DNA of 64,000 nucleotides, taken from Massalongia carnosa (lineage: Eukaryota). The stretch covers positions 1,116,001 through 1,180,000 of the forward strand of contig OZ287076.1 in assembly GCA_965645245.1 (NCBI GenBank), read 5' to 3'. Shown in pieces: positions 1 through 10,928 of this stretch (positions are counted from its first letter, which is position 1; the number at the start of each line of letters is the position of its first letter). The notes below the pieces were generated by a model, which worked only from the letters and a program-made list of their open reading frames with translations, was not told the origin of the DNA and made no database searches. Both the position numbers and the translations under genes were made by a program.

Positions 1-48
1 TGATTATAGACTTAGGAATAGATTCGAGATGATATTAATAATTTGCAG

Positions 49-861
49 AAAACCCGCAGAGTATATGGCTATCAGTGATACATACTCTCCAATTCTTCAT
101 CGAATCGACCAAGCGGTTCGCTGGCGAGCCATTCATCCTATCGATTCTATACCCCCCCCATACGAGATCTTAACAAGATACTCTCAATTCCCCAAAAAGC
201 TTGTGGCCAGTTCCAAGCGTCAATTGGAGGATCTAGTAGCAGCAGCAAACGTCAAAAAAGGTATATTCATCATGCGTATCTATAGCAGTAGTCCAAATTC
301 GACCGTTAGCTAACGAAACCCCCTCCAAAGTCCCCTCCAAAGTCCGAAGCCGAAAACGCAACCGAAACGAAGCCAAACCCCTCTCAGGCCTCGATGTCGA
401 CTCTCTCCTCCACCAAAACTCTGCCAAAAAAGCCAAAACCATCTCCCCCCAAAACATTATCCCCGAGTTCCGGCAAATGCTCGACGCGGCCGAAGATGCG
501 GCCGGCATCCGCGACGCTGTGGCGCAGCTAGCTACAATCATCCAGGATCAAATCACGGATAGCTTTGGCGACGTCAATTACGGGCGTGCAATCGCCGAGA
601 TGGCCCTGATGAGAGAAGAAATGATAGAGTTGGAGGAGCCGGAGTTATGGGATGAGTTTGTGAGAGGGTTAAAGGGAAAGTTAAGGGGAGGCCAGTTGGG
701 GGGGAATAGGAGAGAGATGTGGGAGGAGATTAGGAGAAATAGGTTGGGGCTTGTGGGGAGGAATGTTGCGGAGGAGGAAGCCCGGGAGGTGAGTTTCGGC
801 CGCAGCGAAGGAAGGTTTTCGCTTGCTAAACTCGTGCTATCAGTTTCTTTCCTCGAGGTGA
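49..861 (+). CDS. ku80: Ku80 (ATP-dependent DNA helicase II subunit 2), 3' part; 5' end lies outside the window
   Basis: Spliced reading gives YSPILHRIDQAVRWRAIHP...KKVPSKVRSRKRNRNEAKPLSGLDVDSLL...ISPQNIIPEFRQML...IQDQITDSFGDVNYGRAIAEMALMREEMIELEEPELW..., which I recognise as the fungal Ku80 C-terminal region. Introns lie at ~261-330 and ~789-843; the last exon reads FLSSR* with TGA at 859-861. Confidence 0.85.
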
Positions 862-1750
862 GGTAGCAAATCTTCTTCTCTTCCTTGTGCGGCAGATGCA
901 GCGATCTCTAGCAGATTTGGAAACACTCCCCAGTCCGAAGCAACTAGAGATTCGACTAGGACATTCAGGGCGTAGGTAGGTAAACTCCTGTGCAGCTGCC
1001 ACGTTATCAGGTTCTGTGAATAGGTATACAAGCTATCGGCTGCTTAGTCTTTCGTTTTGTCTTAATCCTTAAAGTTCAATAATAGACAAAAAGCGGAAAA
1101 GTCGGAAAGTAACTAGGAATGTACTAGGATCTTCCTCAAAGAGAGATTTTGTAGTAGCTGAAATGACTTTAGAATAGAGAGATAGCTAGATAGATATACG
1201 CATGAGCAATCCAGATAGGAAAGAGTGGGGGGGTTGGATTGTGATTGTTATTTCTACATCTACTCTCAAATTCACTCATTTCGTCAGGGGCGGAGAAAGA
1301 GGGGAAGAAGCATGGAAATTATAGGGGGTTTCTAGCGAGTATCTTCTTCTCTTCCTAGTACGATAGCTAAGGGAGGAGAATACTTTTGATGGAATGGGAA
1401 TTAAATGGCTGGCCGGCGAGAAGGGAGGCGAGAAGGAGGCGCGGAAGGGACGTGGGGGGCAATGGAGGGCGGTAGGAAGTTTCCCTTTACCTTTTCTCCC
1501 GCCTCGGCGAATAATCCATAAAATTTTGGGTGAGTGGGTTTATGTTGCTGCACTTCGTTCATGGGCAGAAGGGATTAAACGCTGCATGGCAGAAACTTCT
1601 GGGGGAGCTTTTCAGACCTTAAGCATATAAATCCATCGGCAAAGCTAGATGCCAACGTTCGCAATATCCTAGTGGTATCGTGGAGCAAAAAGCTTTCCTA
1701 CCGAATCTCAGTCCACACTTCCATCTTTACTCTTCGAAATCTTTCTCCAC

Positions 1751-3274
1751 CTAGCTACCATCTCTAGAACCAATAAGGGCACCAAGGTTTTCAGCCACAG
1801 AACCCTTACCCGCTACCATGCGACTGTCAACCTCTTCGCGTTTTTTTGTGACGAAGTAACGGCAATAGCAACTTCCCTCAGCCCAAACGGGATACGTATG
1901 CGGGGGACAATGACTTGGGCAATCCTCGATCAGGCCGAACTTGGAACCCGCGACGATACTGGCGGACCTTGGGGAGAATGGAACGGTGATTTGGCATTCG
2001 CATACTCCGTTGACGGACACGGAAGTGAAGCGTGGGGGGCATACCCGTACCAAGCAGTCATCCAGTGCAGGAAAAAGGGGTAAATTTTGGCGCCTGTTAT
2101 CCGCAACGAGTTTGCGTGATGCAAACAGAGGGGATGCTGTAGCGGTGGAAGTGGGAATGACCTTGGCATGAGCGGTAGCGGTAGAAGAAAGGATGGATTT
2201 TGCAGGATCGGAAGCTTGGCCTGTAAATGGAATGGAGAGTGGGATAGGTGATGAAGGGGATTTTCCGGCATCATTGCCTGTATTGTTGTTGATGTCGCTG
2301 CCGAGACAAGAACATGCTGCTGAAAAGCAAACTAAAACTTGATGAGGCGGACATGGACTTCTAAAGCTGACACCTTTCTTAACGACGGGGAGAGCATTTG
2401 GAAGGTTAACGGGAGAAGTGGTATTCCCCCCCCCAATGCCATCGCCAGTGCAGAAACACTCTCCTCGAACACAGAGAAAGACGCCACCGTCTGGACATGA
2501 GATGACCTTGGATTCGTTGACTTTGAAATCAGTGCCAATTTGACGTTTCTCATTTCCACGGAGGTCTCCGCAATGACAAACCCCGTTGTTGGATAGGAGA
2601 ATCTGGCCAGCGTGACATCTGCAAAACGCAAGTTTGTCATACGCAGCCGGGGCTTCTCGCTTAGGGAAATGGTCATCAATGCAATGACATTTCCCTCCAT
2701 CAAATCTGGGGAACTGAGTGCCTGGGCAAAAACAAATGGCTTCTGCTACTGCTACAAGAGCAACATCACGTTTAACCCCACTAAAAGGTTCGTCAACGCA
2801 TTGGCAGTCTTTCCCGTAATAAATCGCAGTCTGGCTCCCGGGGCAGAAGCAGCTTGCATTTTTTGAGCTGATTGATGTGTCGCGCTTGGATTGATCATTC
2901 TCGATGCCGTTGCGCTTTAAAACAGTAATTGGAATGCGAAGATCGTCATCTGTGGTGATGCTATCAGCCTTACGTATATTTCATCCAGCAACGAAGTTTT
3001 ACACTTGTCTGTGTTGGCGTGGTAGAACCCGGGATCCGGGATCCCAGTAAACGGGATTGAACCTTTGCTACTGTTAATTTTTACAAGCTTAAACCCCAAC
3101 GGTCTCATTATCTCGACCATGATATCAAGATAAGAATCACAAAGTTTGGTCTTGAAGAAGAAACTTACGAAGGGACAGCTCAGACTTCGTAGAGGCACGT
3201 TCAGCCACGGGTGCTGTAGTACACAGAACCGCAAACCATGCCACCACGGTGACATGGATAAGGTGAAGCATCAT
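1751..3274 (-). CDS. Secreted Kex2-processed repeat polyprotein (~454 aa) with seven 4-Cys modules (C-x12-C-x-C core)
   Basis: ATG at 3274 in an accATG context. Exon 1 (3274-3169) reads MMLHLIHVTVVAWFAVLCTTAPVAERASTKSELSL, signal-peptide-like, then a GTAAGT donor. Exon 2 is 3062-3003, followed by a 53-bp intron at 3002-2950. Exon 3 (2949-1751) is one stop-free frame with KR-delimited Cys modules. The ORF track shows only the last 100 aa. The exon 2 acceptor (AAG) and the extreme 3' end are less certain. Confidence 0.8.
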
Positions 3275-3904
3275 GGTCAGACAGTAATCGTGTGATCAGG
3301 GCAAAGGTGCCAGTATGATCGAAGATGGCGTGCTATGGTAGATGACAAGGCGTGTAGGATGAAGATGAGAGAAGGAAGAAGACGAAGGAGGACACAAAGA
3401 TGGATAAGAGGATAAGAGAACAAGAGAATAAAGAAGGGTTTTGAAAGAAAGTTCCAGCAGGGGTTCGGATGAATGTTGTGTGAAATGTGAATTTCGGCAA
3501 CTATATCCGAAGAAGCCCTAATTCACCCTCATCATCACCGGCTTTGAGTACGCCAGGCATCAGAGGGCGAAGAAGACCGAAACTGAAATACTGCAGGCCC
3601 ATTGATGTGACACCGGGAAGCATGTGAAAGGAATACTTAAAGCGAAGTTACTCAAAAAGTTGTAATCATTTGAAGATTGTCTCCAGCCGTAAGCAATATT
3701 TCTTCATACAATCGATAGCTTCATTAACATGTACTCGTAGTGATCTTGGCGATAACATGTTATGTTCTTTGCGCTTCGCAAGGCCGATAACTGATTAACC
3801 CCAAATGCCATAGGCAGAGCGTATGATGACGGACCAATCTTATCGTAAATCAAGATCCCATCAAAGCAAATGCTTCATGTCTACCTCTTGACTACCTAGA
3901 CATC

Positions 3905-5977
3905 TCATCCTAGATAATCCTCTAGCCGGCGCCGTAATCCCATCCAACCTCTCCAACCCATCAATGTTGCTTGCTTCGTTCCTTGAATTTGGGGCAAGCT
4001 TCGTAACCTTTCTACTGGCCTCTGGTTCTGCACTTGAGCTTCCGTAAACCAGTTTCCGTGTAGGCCATATGGCACTCTCTGTGGCAAGTAAACCCGAGCC
4101 ACAACATCTTCCATGTTGTTAGCGTCAATAATCCACAACTCGCTCCGAGCAAAAGCGTGACACTCTCCAGTAGAATCTAGCTGAGATTCGTCAAAAACAT
4201 AGGTAAGAAGCCAGCCATCGTCCTCGCTGACTCCGTTCTCACGAGGCACAAACCGGGATTCTTGGGCATACCAGCCTTCGGGCATTTTAAAAACTTTGAT
4301 GGGATCTTTAGGGTCATTGCTTTGGAGCACTTCTGCTACGTTCCTCTCGTCGACGCACCCTATGATTTGGATAGGAGGATCTTTCATGCCCTTAGCGATG
4401 AGTGTTTCGGCATCAATCTTCACCAGCGAATTGATTTTAACCGCTCTAGCAAGGGCCGCCCCGAACGTAGCACCAGCTACAGAGCAGCCATAGATGTACT
4501 TTGCGGGGGACATGCATACAGAATCACGTAAAGACGGGAACTCGAAAGGGATGGCGGACAAGGCCCACTGGTGCAGGATCTTATTCGAGTGTATGTTATC
4601 TTTAGTAGTATAAGAAGGCACTGCATTTGCTAAGCAAAATTGGTAGTAATAGAGACGGCACTGTTCTTCTTCTTTTTGATGAAAAGGAACTTCTCCCAGT
4701 GGAATAGGTGCAGCCAGGTCACCGGCACTGTAAACAAGAGCAGCAGAAGTCAAGCGACATGCCAGCATATTTATAACCGGAACATTTTTTTCCTTTGGAG
4801 GCACATCAGCAACGCTTGAATCCCATGAGTTGGCAGTGTGAAAAATGCAGCAGGCATTCGTCTCGAACCATAGGATTGTATCAGGCTCATACCGGGGAAA
4901 TATACCAAAACGCGAGCGACCCCTCGGATCATATGATACTACAGGTAGGTTTTTTACCAGATTCAGGGGATCCAATGATAGCGGAAGATCCATGATTATC
5001 GTGTGCATGCTAGAAACTCCAAAATCATGCATCATCTTAGCTGACCGAATGCCAGGGACAGGTAAATTTAGTATAGGCTGTCGGATTTGCAGAGACTTCC
5101 CTGGCTCCTTGCTCGAGGAAGGGGGAATAATCGAGTAGTGGACATACGGTGGTAAAAAAGTACTGTGGAACAGAATGAGCTCGGACGTCTCTGGGTCTAC
5201 TCTAGGCTAGAAAGCGTCAATGTCAAGCTTCCCATGGCATGCGAAGTTTTGCCCACATGCGCAGTTGTCCATTCTTTCATAAAGCTAAAAAAGCCATTTC
5301 CCCCAAAGCCAGAACGTACGTTAGGTCCTTTCTCCCCCTCGCATTTGTTTCCATTGAACCACCCAACTGTCTCAAGTCCAGGTAGCGAAATTCGGATTGG
5401 GACTCCACTTTCACACGTTGCCAGCGCCCGGCCATCGTGATACAAAATTGCGGTATTTGCGACACTGATTTTATTGATTACTTGTCGTGAACCGGGAAGA
5501 TTCGACAATAACACAAGCAGTATGGTTCTCAGGATTTTTAAAACGATCGTGATCAGGGAACTCAACGGATTGACAAGGGTTGTGATACTGGGCAAAATTG
5601 GTGTCTTGAGAGATGGGGAGGTGACAGATGAGAGAAAGACATCGGTGAGAATATACTGATTGACAAACTCCGGCTGAATCCCCCCAGTATCAAGGCACCG
5701 AAACGCCACACCACTGAGCATTCCATCGCCATCAAACCAGTGGGCAGTGCGCCCTTGAGTCTCGTTCATCACAGGGTTTCCCCCATTTCGAACGTATTCT
5801 CCACCAGCCAGCTCCAACGGGATTGAACCTGTAAATTTGCATGGAGTAAGTGATTGTACGTGATGCAGTGGGGCAAAGTTCCCTGAGAGATATCTAATGA
5901 ATATGCTCAGCATCCAATAGTTGTACTATATGATGTGCTTACGGATGAGGACAAGATTTCTTGTGATCTGGCGGCAT
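3905..5977 (-). CDS. carX: Carotenoid cleavage oxygenase (retinal-forming, RPE65/CCD family), CarX-like
   Basis: Three exons, with introns at 5942-5894 and ~5256-5207. Reads MPPDHKKSCPHP|YLSGNFAP, then YVRNGGNP and HWFDGDGML. The four Fe-binding His are in WTTAH, MMHDF, IFHTAN and YGLHG; EDDGWLL is also present. Transcribed divergently from carRA. Confidence 0.92.
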
Positions 5978-6692
5978 ACTCAAGACCTTGAATGATCACG
6001 ATGCAATAGGCTTAGGCAGAATGCTTCGTTCATGGGGCGTCCTTGCCATCAATGTGGTCACCCAACTCATGCCAAATAGCTAAACAATGGGTATAATCGT
6101 GCTAAACCACATTCGGAATGAAAGGGGCGGTTTAGCACAATTAATAAGGCCTGAGTCTTGTGATTCTTGTGATTCCTAGCGCATCTCGATAAGGCTTCTC
6201 CATAACGTAACTATTTGACGTCATGATTTCTTGTTTTCTATACGAGTTCGAACTGCAGGGATTGTCGGGAGGCGAGGATTTCCGACCGCGATCTTGTGTA
6301 ATGCCGCTTTTACTGATTTCATTCTCGCTTTTGCAAGGCTGGAGCTTGGAAGCTTCAGCAAATGAGAACATGGCAAAAAAAACTCCACCAAAAGGTTGGA
6401 TGATTGGATCTAGGATTTGTCGTAAAGAATAATAATCTCCTTCAGACTAGAATTTCCTACATCCTGAGGAAAATGTAATTGCTTGTGATAATCTTCTCTG
6501 AATACGCGCCGAGGTCCCCGCAATTTCCTAGATCAAGGCACGGAGCATTACCTCCGTATGTGTGACATCGTCAGTTGCGTACCTGATTTATGCAAAATTC
6601 TCCCCGCTTTTCATCAAACTTCCGCCCTTGTATCCCCGAAGCTCACCATCATGAATGTCCCAATTACTCTGTTGCATTCATGAAGTTCAGAT

Positions 6693-8718
6693 ATGGGTTA
6701 TGATTATGCCTTGGTGTAAGCCCATTTGCTCTGAGTTTGTCGTACCTAGCGCTTGCTAACAATTGACATCGCTTTAGCCATCTGCGATACACGATTCCTC
6801 CCGCCATAGTGTTGACTTACTGCTACCGCCCGTTATGTACAGCGCTCGATGTCTACAAAATTCTTTTTCTGATTACTGTAAGTCAATGGATGGCTGTCAA
6901 GATGTCAGTAGCGTTGACCGATTTGCTCTTAGATTGCTGTGTTCTCCACAACGCCTTGGGACTCGTACCTAATTCGCACAAAAATATGGAGCTATCCACC
7001 CAATGCAATAATTGGCCCTACAGTCTTCCGCATTCCGGCAGAGGAGTTCTTTTTCTTCGTCATTCAAACTTATAACACCAGCCTGCTGTATCTAATCCTT
7101 AATAAACCCACATTCCACCCAACATATCTTCGCGGTGAAAAATTGCAACATGATGGGAAGCGACTTCGGCTCTGGAGGGGGGTGGGGACCTTCATCATGA
7201 GCTTTCTGACTGCCGGGGGCGCTGTCATGGCTTCAAGCAGGGGAAAGGGGCTCTACATGGGACTGATCCTAGTTTGGGCCCTGCCTTTTGCCCTCGTCCT
7301 ATGGTATGTATATCTGTCTTCCATGAGCGAAGGTTTACTAAATTTATTAGGAACCTTGCGTATCAATTCATTATCCAGCTCCCGCTTACAGGTTGTTTTG
7401 TTCCTATTGCATTACCCACATTGTATCTATGGATTGTGGATACGTTAGCCTTGAAACGAGGGACCTGGGTGATTGAATCAGGAACCAAACTCGAAAAGCA
7501 CATATGGGATGGACTAGAAATTGAGTATGAGAATTCTCTTCTGATTTCATATCCCAGGCTAACCGTGATGCAGAGAAGCTGTCTTCTTTCTTGTAACAAA
7601 TGTACTTATCATCTTTGGCCTAATCGCCTTCGATAATGCCTTGGCTATTCTGAATGCTTTCCCTCTCTTGTTTCCTGCAGTACCATCTCTCCCATCGCCT
7701 ATCCTCCTAGTTCGAGCGCTTCTTACACCGACCCAAGATTATGACATGGATCGTGTAGTAGGGCTACAACAAGCACTAGCTCGGCTCAAGGCAAAAAGCA
7801 GAAGCTTTTACCTAGCAAGTAGTGTTTTCGAGGGTAGGTTACGTGTTGACTTGATTGTACTGTAAGTAAATAGTCAAAGATAACAACACTACGTGTACTC
7901 ATAAGTTTCCTAGCTATTCATTTTGTCGTGTGGCAGACGACCTCGTCGATAATGCATCTTCGATCTCCGAGGCCAAGCATTGGATAGCTCGGCTTACGAA
8001 GTATCTTGATTTTTGCTACTCAGATCCGGCAAAGGGAAGCGTACGCGATACGTTCATACGTAATACATTTCCGGATAGCTGTCAAGCTGCGTTGCTCTTG
8101 CTTCCCACTTCTTATCTCTCTTCAACGCCATTGTACGATCTTTTGAAAGGATTTGAGACCGACCTAGAATTTTCGTCATCCAGCAACCCATTCCCCATAC
8201 TCGATGAAGCTACTCTGCAAACCTATGCTTCTCGAGTTGCCGGCACTGTAGCTGAATCGTGCCTGGAACTTGTCTACTATCATAGTAATGCAAAGATCGA
8301 AAAATCCAAGCGGCAGGATATTGTACGTGCTGGAGGTCGCATGGGAATTGCTTTACAATATGTCAATATATCTCGAGATATTGCTGTTGATGCGTTGAAC
8401 AACCGTGTCTATATTCCTACAACCTGGCTTAAGAGGGTAGGACTCACACCGCAAGATATCGTGTCTGATCCTAGAAGCTCCGAAGCCGAGTCGTTGAGAC
8501 AGCGGCTTTTGGATGTTGCTATGAAGATCTATGATGAAGCAAAGAACGCAATTGAGCAACTTCCTATGGAGGCGCGAGGTCCTATGCGAGTCGCTGTGGA
8601 AAGCTATGTTGAAATCGGAAGAGTTCTACGAACGCCAGGATATCGAGTCAAGGCCGGAAGAGCAACAGTTCCAAAAATAAGAAGATTAAAGGTTGCTTGG
8701 CATGCTTTGAGACGGTAA
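6693..8718 (+). CDS. carRA: Bifunctional lycopene cyclase / phytoene synthase (CarRA / Al-2)
   Basis: Starts [16 protein letters not shown]. Cyclase motifs [20 protein letters not shown] and [16 protein letters not shown]. Synthase motifs [24 protein letters not shown] and [10 protein letters not shown]. Several short introns; stop TAA ends at 8718. Confidence 0.95.
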
Positions 8719-8938
8719 CGTTCTTGAAGGGAGGGGCTGGGTATGAATGAAAAGTTAATAGGAGCATCGGCGTACATTGTGATACCATTCTGCATGAAGG
8801 CGTATTCGCTTTATTTAATCGTTATGTAAATAGTATATGTAAATACGGTTCTAACTTTCTTGACGCTTCCTTTTGATATTGATATTGAACAAGAAAGAGA
8901 GAAAAGGCATTTTAAACTGGGCCGTCTAAGAACTCTTA

Positions 8939-9016
8939 TCCGTGCCACCCACATCGCTCGGGTCGCCTCGCTTAGTGCTAGCCAGCCATACAACCCAACT
9001 CAGCCATACCACCCAA
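8939..9016 (+). repeat. Left TIR of the Fot1-like element
   Basis: TCCGTGCCACCCACATCGCTCGGGTCGCCTCGCTTAGTGCTAGCCAGCCATACAACCCAACTCAGCCATACCACCCAA, with an internal duplicated CAGCCATAC(A/C)ACCCAA subrepeat. Confidence 0.95.
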
Positions 9017-9068
9017 TTCGTCAAATTTCAAGTATTTACCTTTCAACAATTTATCATCCATCACCACC

Positions 9069-10714
9069 ATGCCTGAATCATATACCGAAATCGAAAGTCG
9101 CATTACGAAGGCTATTGACGCCTTAAACACGCGGAAAAACGCGAAACTTCGAGCAATTGCACGAGAATTTGAAGTGCCTAGAGAAAGACTTCGTTCTCGA
9201 TATCATGGGGCCCCATCTAAATCAGAGATACGAGGACTGCATACTAGACGTCTGAAACCGGATCAAGAGTCGGCCCTATATATGTATATCAAGAAACTGG
9301 ACTCTTTGAACATACCTGCCCGATTGCACATGGTGGAAATCGCAGCAAATTCTATTCTTCGTCAAACAGCTCCTGTTTCGGAACCGCCTCCTTTGATCGG
9401 GTCGCATTGGACCAAGATATGGTTAAATCGTCAGCCCGATTTTTTCAAAGTTCGACGAAAACCTCTAGCTGTTGAGCGAAAAAATGCGCATGATTTAGAG
9501 TTGCTAATGGCTCACTTTACAAAATACAAAGAGGTTATTGATGAGTATGGCATAGATCCTCAAGATCAGTGGAATTTTGATGAAACCGGGTATCGCATTG
9601 GCATGGCACGTAATGATTGAATAGTCAGTGCATCAAAAGACCGAAGGATCTATAATAACGATCCATCAAACAGAGAATCACTGACCGGAGTGGAATGTAT
9701 CAATGGGACTGGACGAGATATTCCCCCTATGCTGATTTTGACTGGTATCAGCATTCTCGCTCCCTTTTTCCTCAACGATCTTAGCAATGATGTTCTTATT
9801 ACTACTGCTGAATCAGGTTCTTCAAATGACTGGCTGGCCTTGCAATGGATTAAACACTTCGATAAACACTCTCGAAACATTCGAAAGGGGGCATGGAGAC
9901 TGTTGATTATGGATGGACATGGATCTCATCATACTCGTGAGTTTTTAGAGTATTGTGACGCTTATAACATCATTCCATTTGGATTACCATCACATACCAC
10001 TCACTTATTGCAACCGCTTGATGTATGTGTGTTTCAGCCTTTAAAGCATTGGCATTCCGAGGCTGTCAATGAGGCCATTCAGAACGGTGATGAAACGTTC
10101 TCGAAAGTGGAATTTCTAGCTACATTCAACACCTTTCGGGCAAAGGCCTTCAAATCAACAACGATTACGTCTGCATGGAGAAAAACCGGCCTAATTCCAT
10201 ATAATTCAGAGGTGGTTCTTCAAAAGGTCAGAGAGAGTTTACCACCCCCCCGCGAGATTACCCTACCCTCGTCGATTCAATCAATACAAGAGACCCCTAG
10301 GACTGTCAGACAATTGAGTACAGTAGCCGCAGACATTATGATGAATTCCCGTTGTTCGGATGAACTTACACAAATGATAGCAAAATTTGTAAATGGGGCT
10401 GTTTCGGAAGTCCGAAAAGGAGAACTTCTCGAACAACGATGGATCAACAAACAAAGGCCAAAAAAGTTCGAAAAGCACGCAAACGAGAGAGCAATAAGGT
10501 ACTTCAGATTGGGGGCATACTTACTGCACGAAAGGCTCGATCAATGATTCGTGATAGACAGAATCAGGAGGCTCAGAGGGAGAAGGATCGAATGATCGCA
10601 TGGGAAAAGCGATATTCTTTGGCACTGGGCAAGGTTGCTAAACAAACCAAAGCTCATCGAAAGTTGAAGATGACCAAAAGTATGGATAGCATAAAAGATA
10701 GGAGGAAGTACTGA
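9069..10714 (+). pseudogene. Fot1-like DDE transposase with an in-frame stop and a frameshift
   Basis: HTH-like N-terminus and motifs WNFDETG, LLIMDGHGSH and HLLQPLDVCVFQPLK. In-frame TGA at 9618-9620 (9069 and 9690 share a frame). A 1-nt frameshift near 10438 leads into ...KVLQIGGILTARKAR. Confidence 0.9.
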
Positions 10715-10759
10715 AGGAATTGTTGAAAAAAACCCCGATGTATGTAGAGGAGTAGCATT

Positions 10760-10837
10760 TTGGGTTGTATGGCTGAGTTGGGTTGTATGGCTGGCTAGCA
10801 CTAAGCGAGGCGACCCGAGCGATGTGGGTGGCACGGA
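10760..10837 (-). repeat. Right TIR of the Fot1-like element
   Basis: Reverse complement of 8939-9016 with one mismatch, followed by TA. Confidence 0.95.
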
Positions 10838-10928
10838 TACTAGCTCGACGCCTCTACTTTATTTTGAAATATTTCTCGGCATCGACATGTGAGATTTAAG
10901 CCCCTCCGTTCTCCCCAACGGCTTAGCA

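Larger units (their letters stand above)
8939..10837 (+). mobile_element. Fot1/pogo-type Tc1-mariner DNA transposon (1899 bp), defective
   Basis: 78-bp terminal inverted repeats (8939-9016 and 10760-10837, one mismatch), TA target-site duplication at 8937-8938 and 10838-10839, and an internal DDE transposase. Confidence 0.95.

Noticed and set aside
2332..3255. ORF-track ORFs 2332-2703, 2612-2866 and 2917-3255 as separate genes
   Set aside because: They are off-frame, antisense or intron-spanning shadows of the Cys-rich polyprotein gene.
9618..9620. Transposase stop codon as evidence of RIP
   Set aside because: A TGG-to-TGA change is not the canonical CpA/TpG RIP context, and the element is not visibly AT-enriched.
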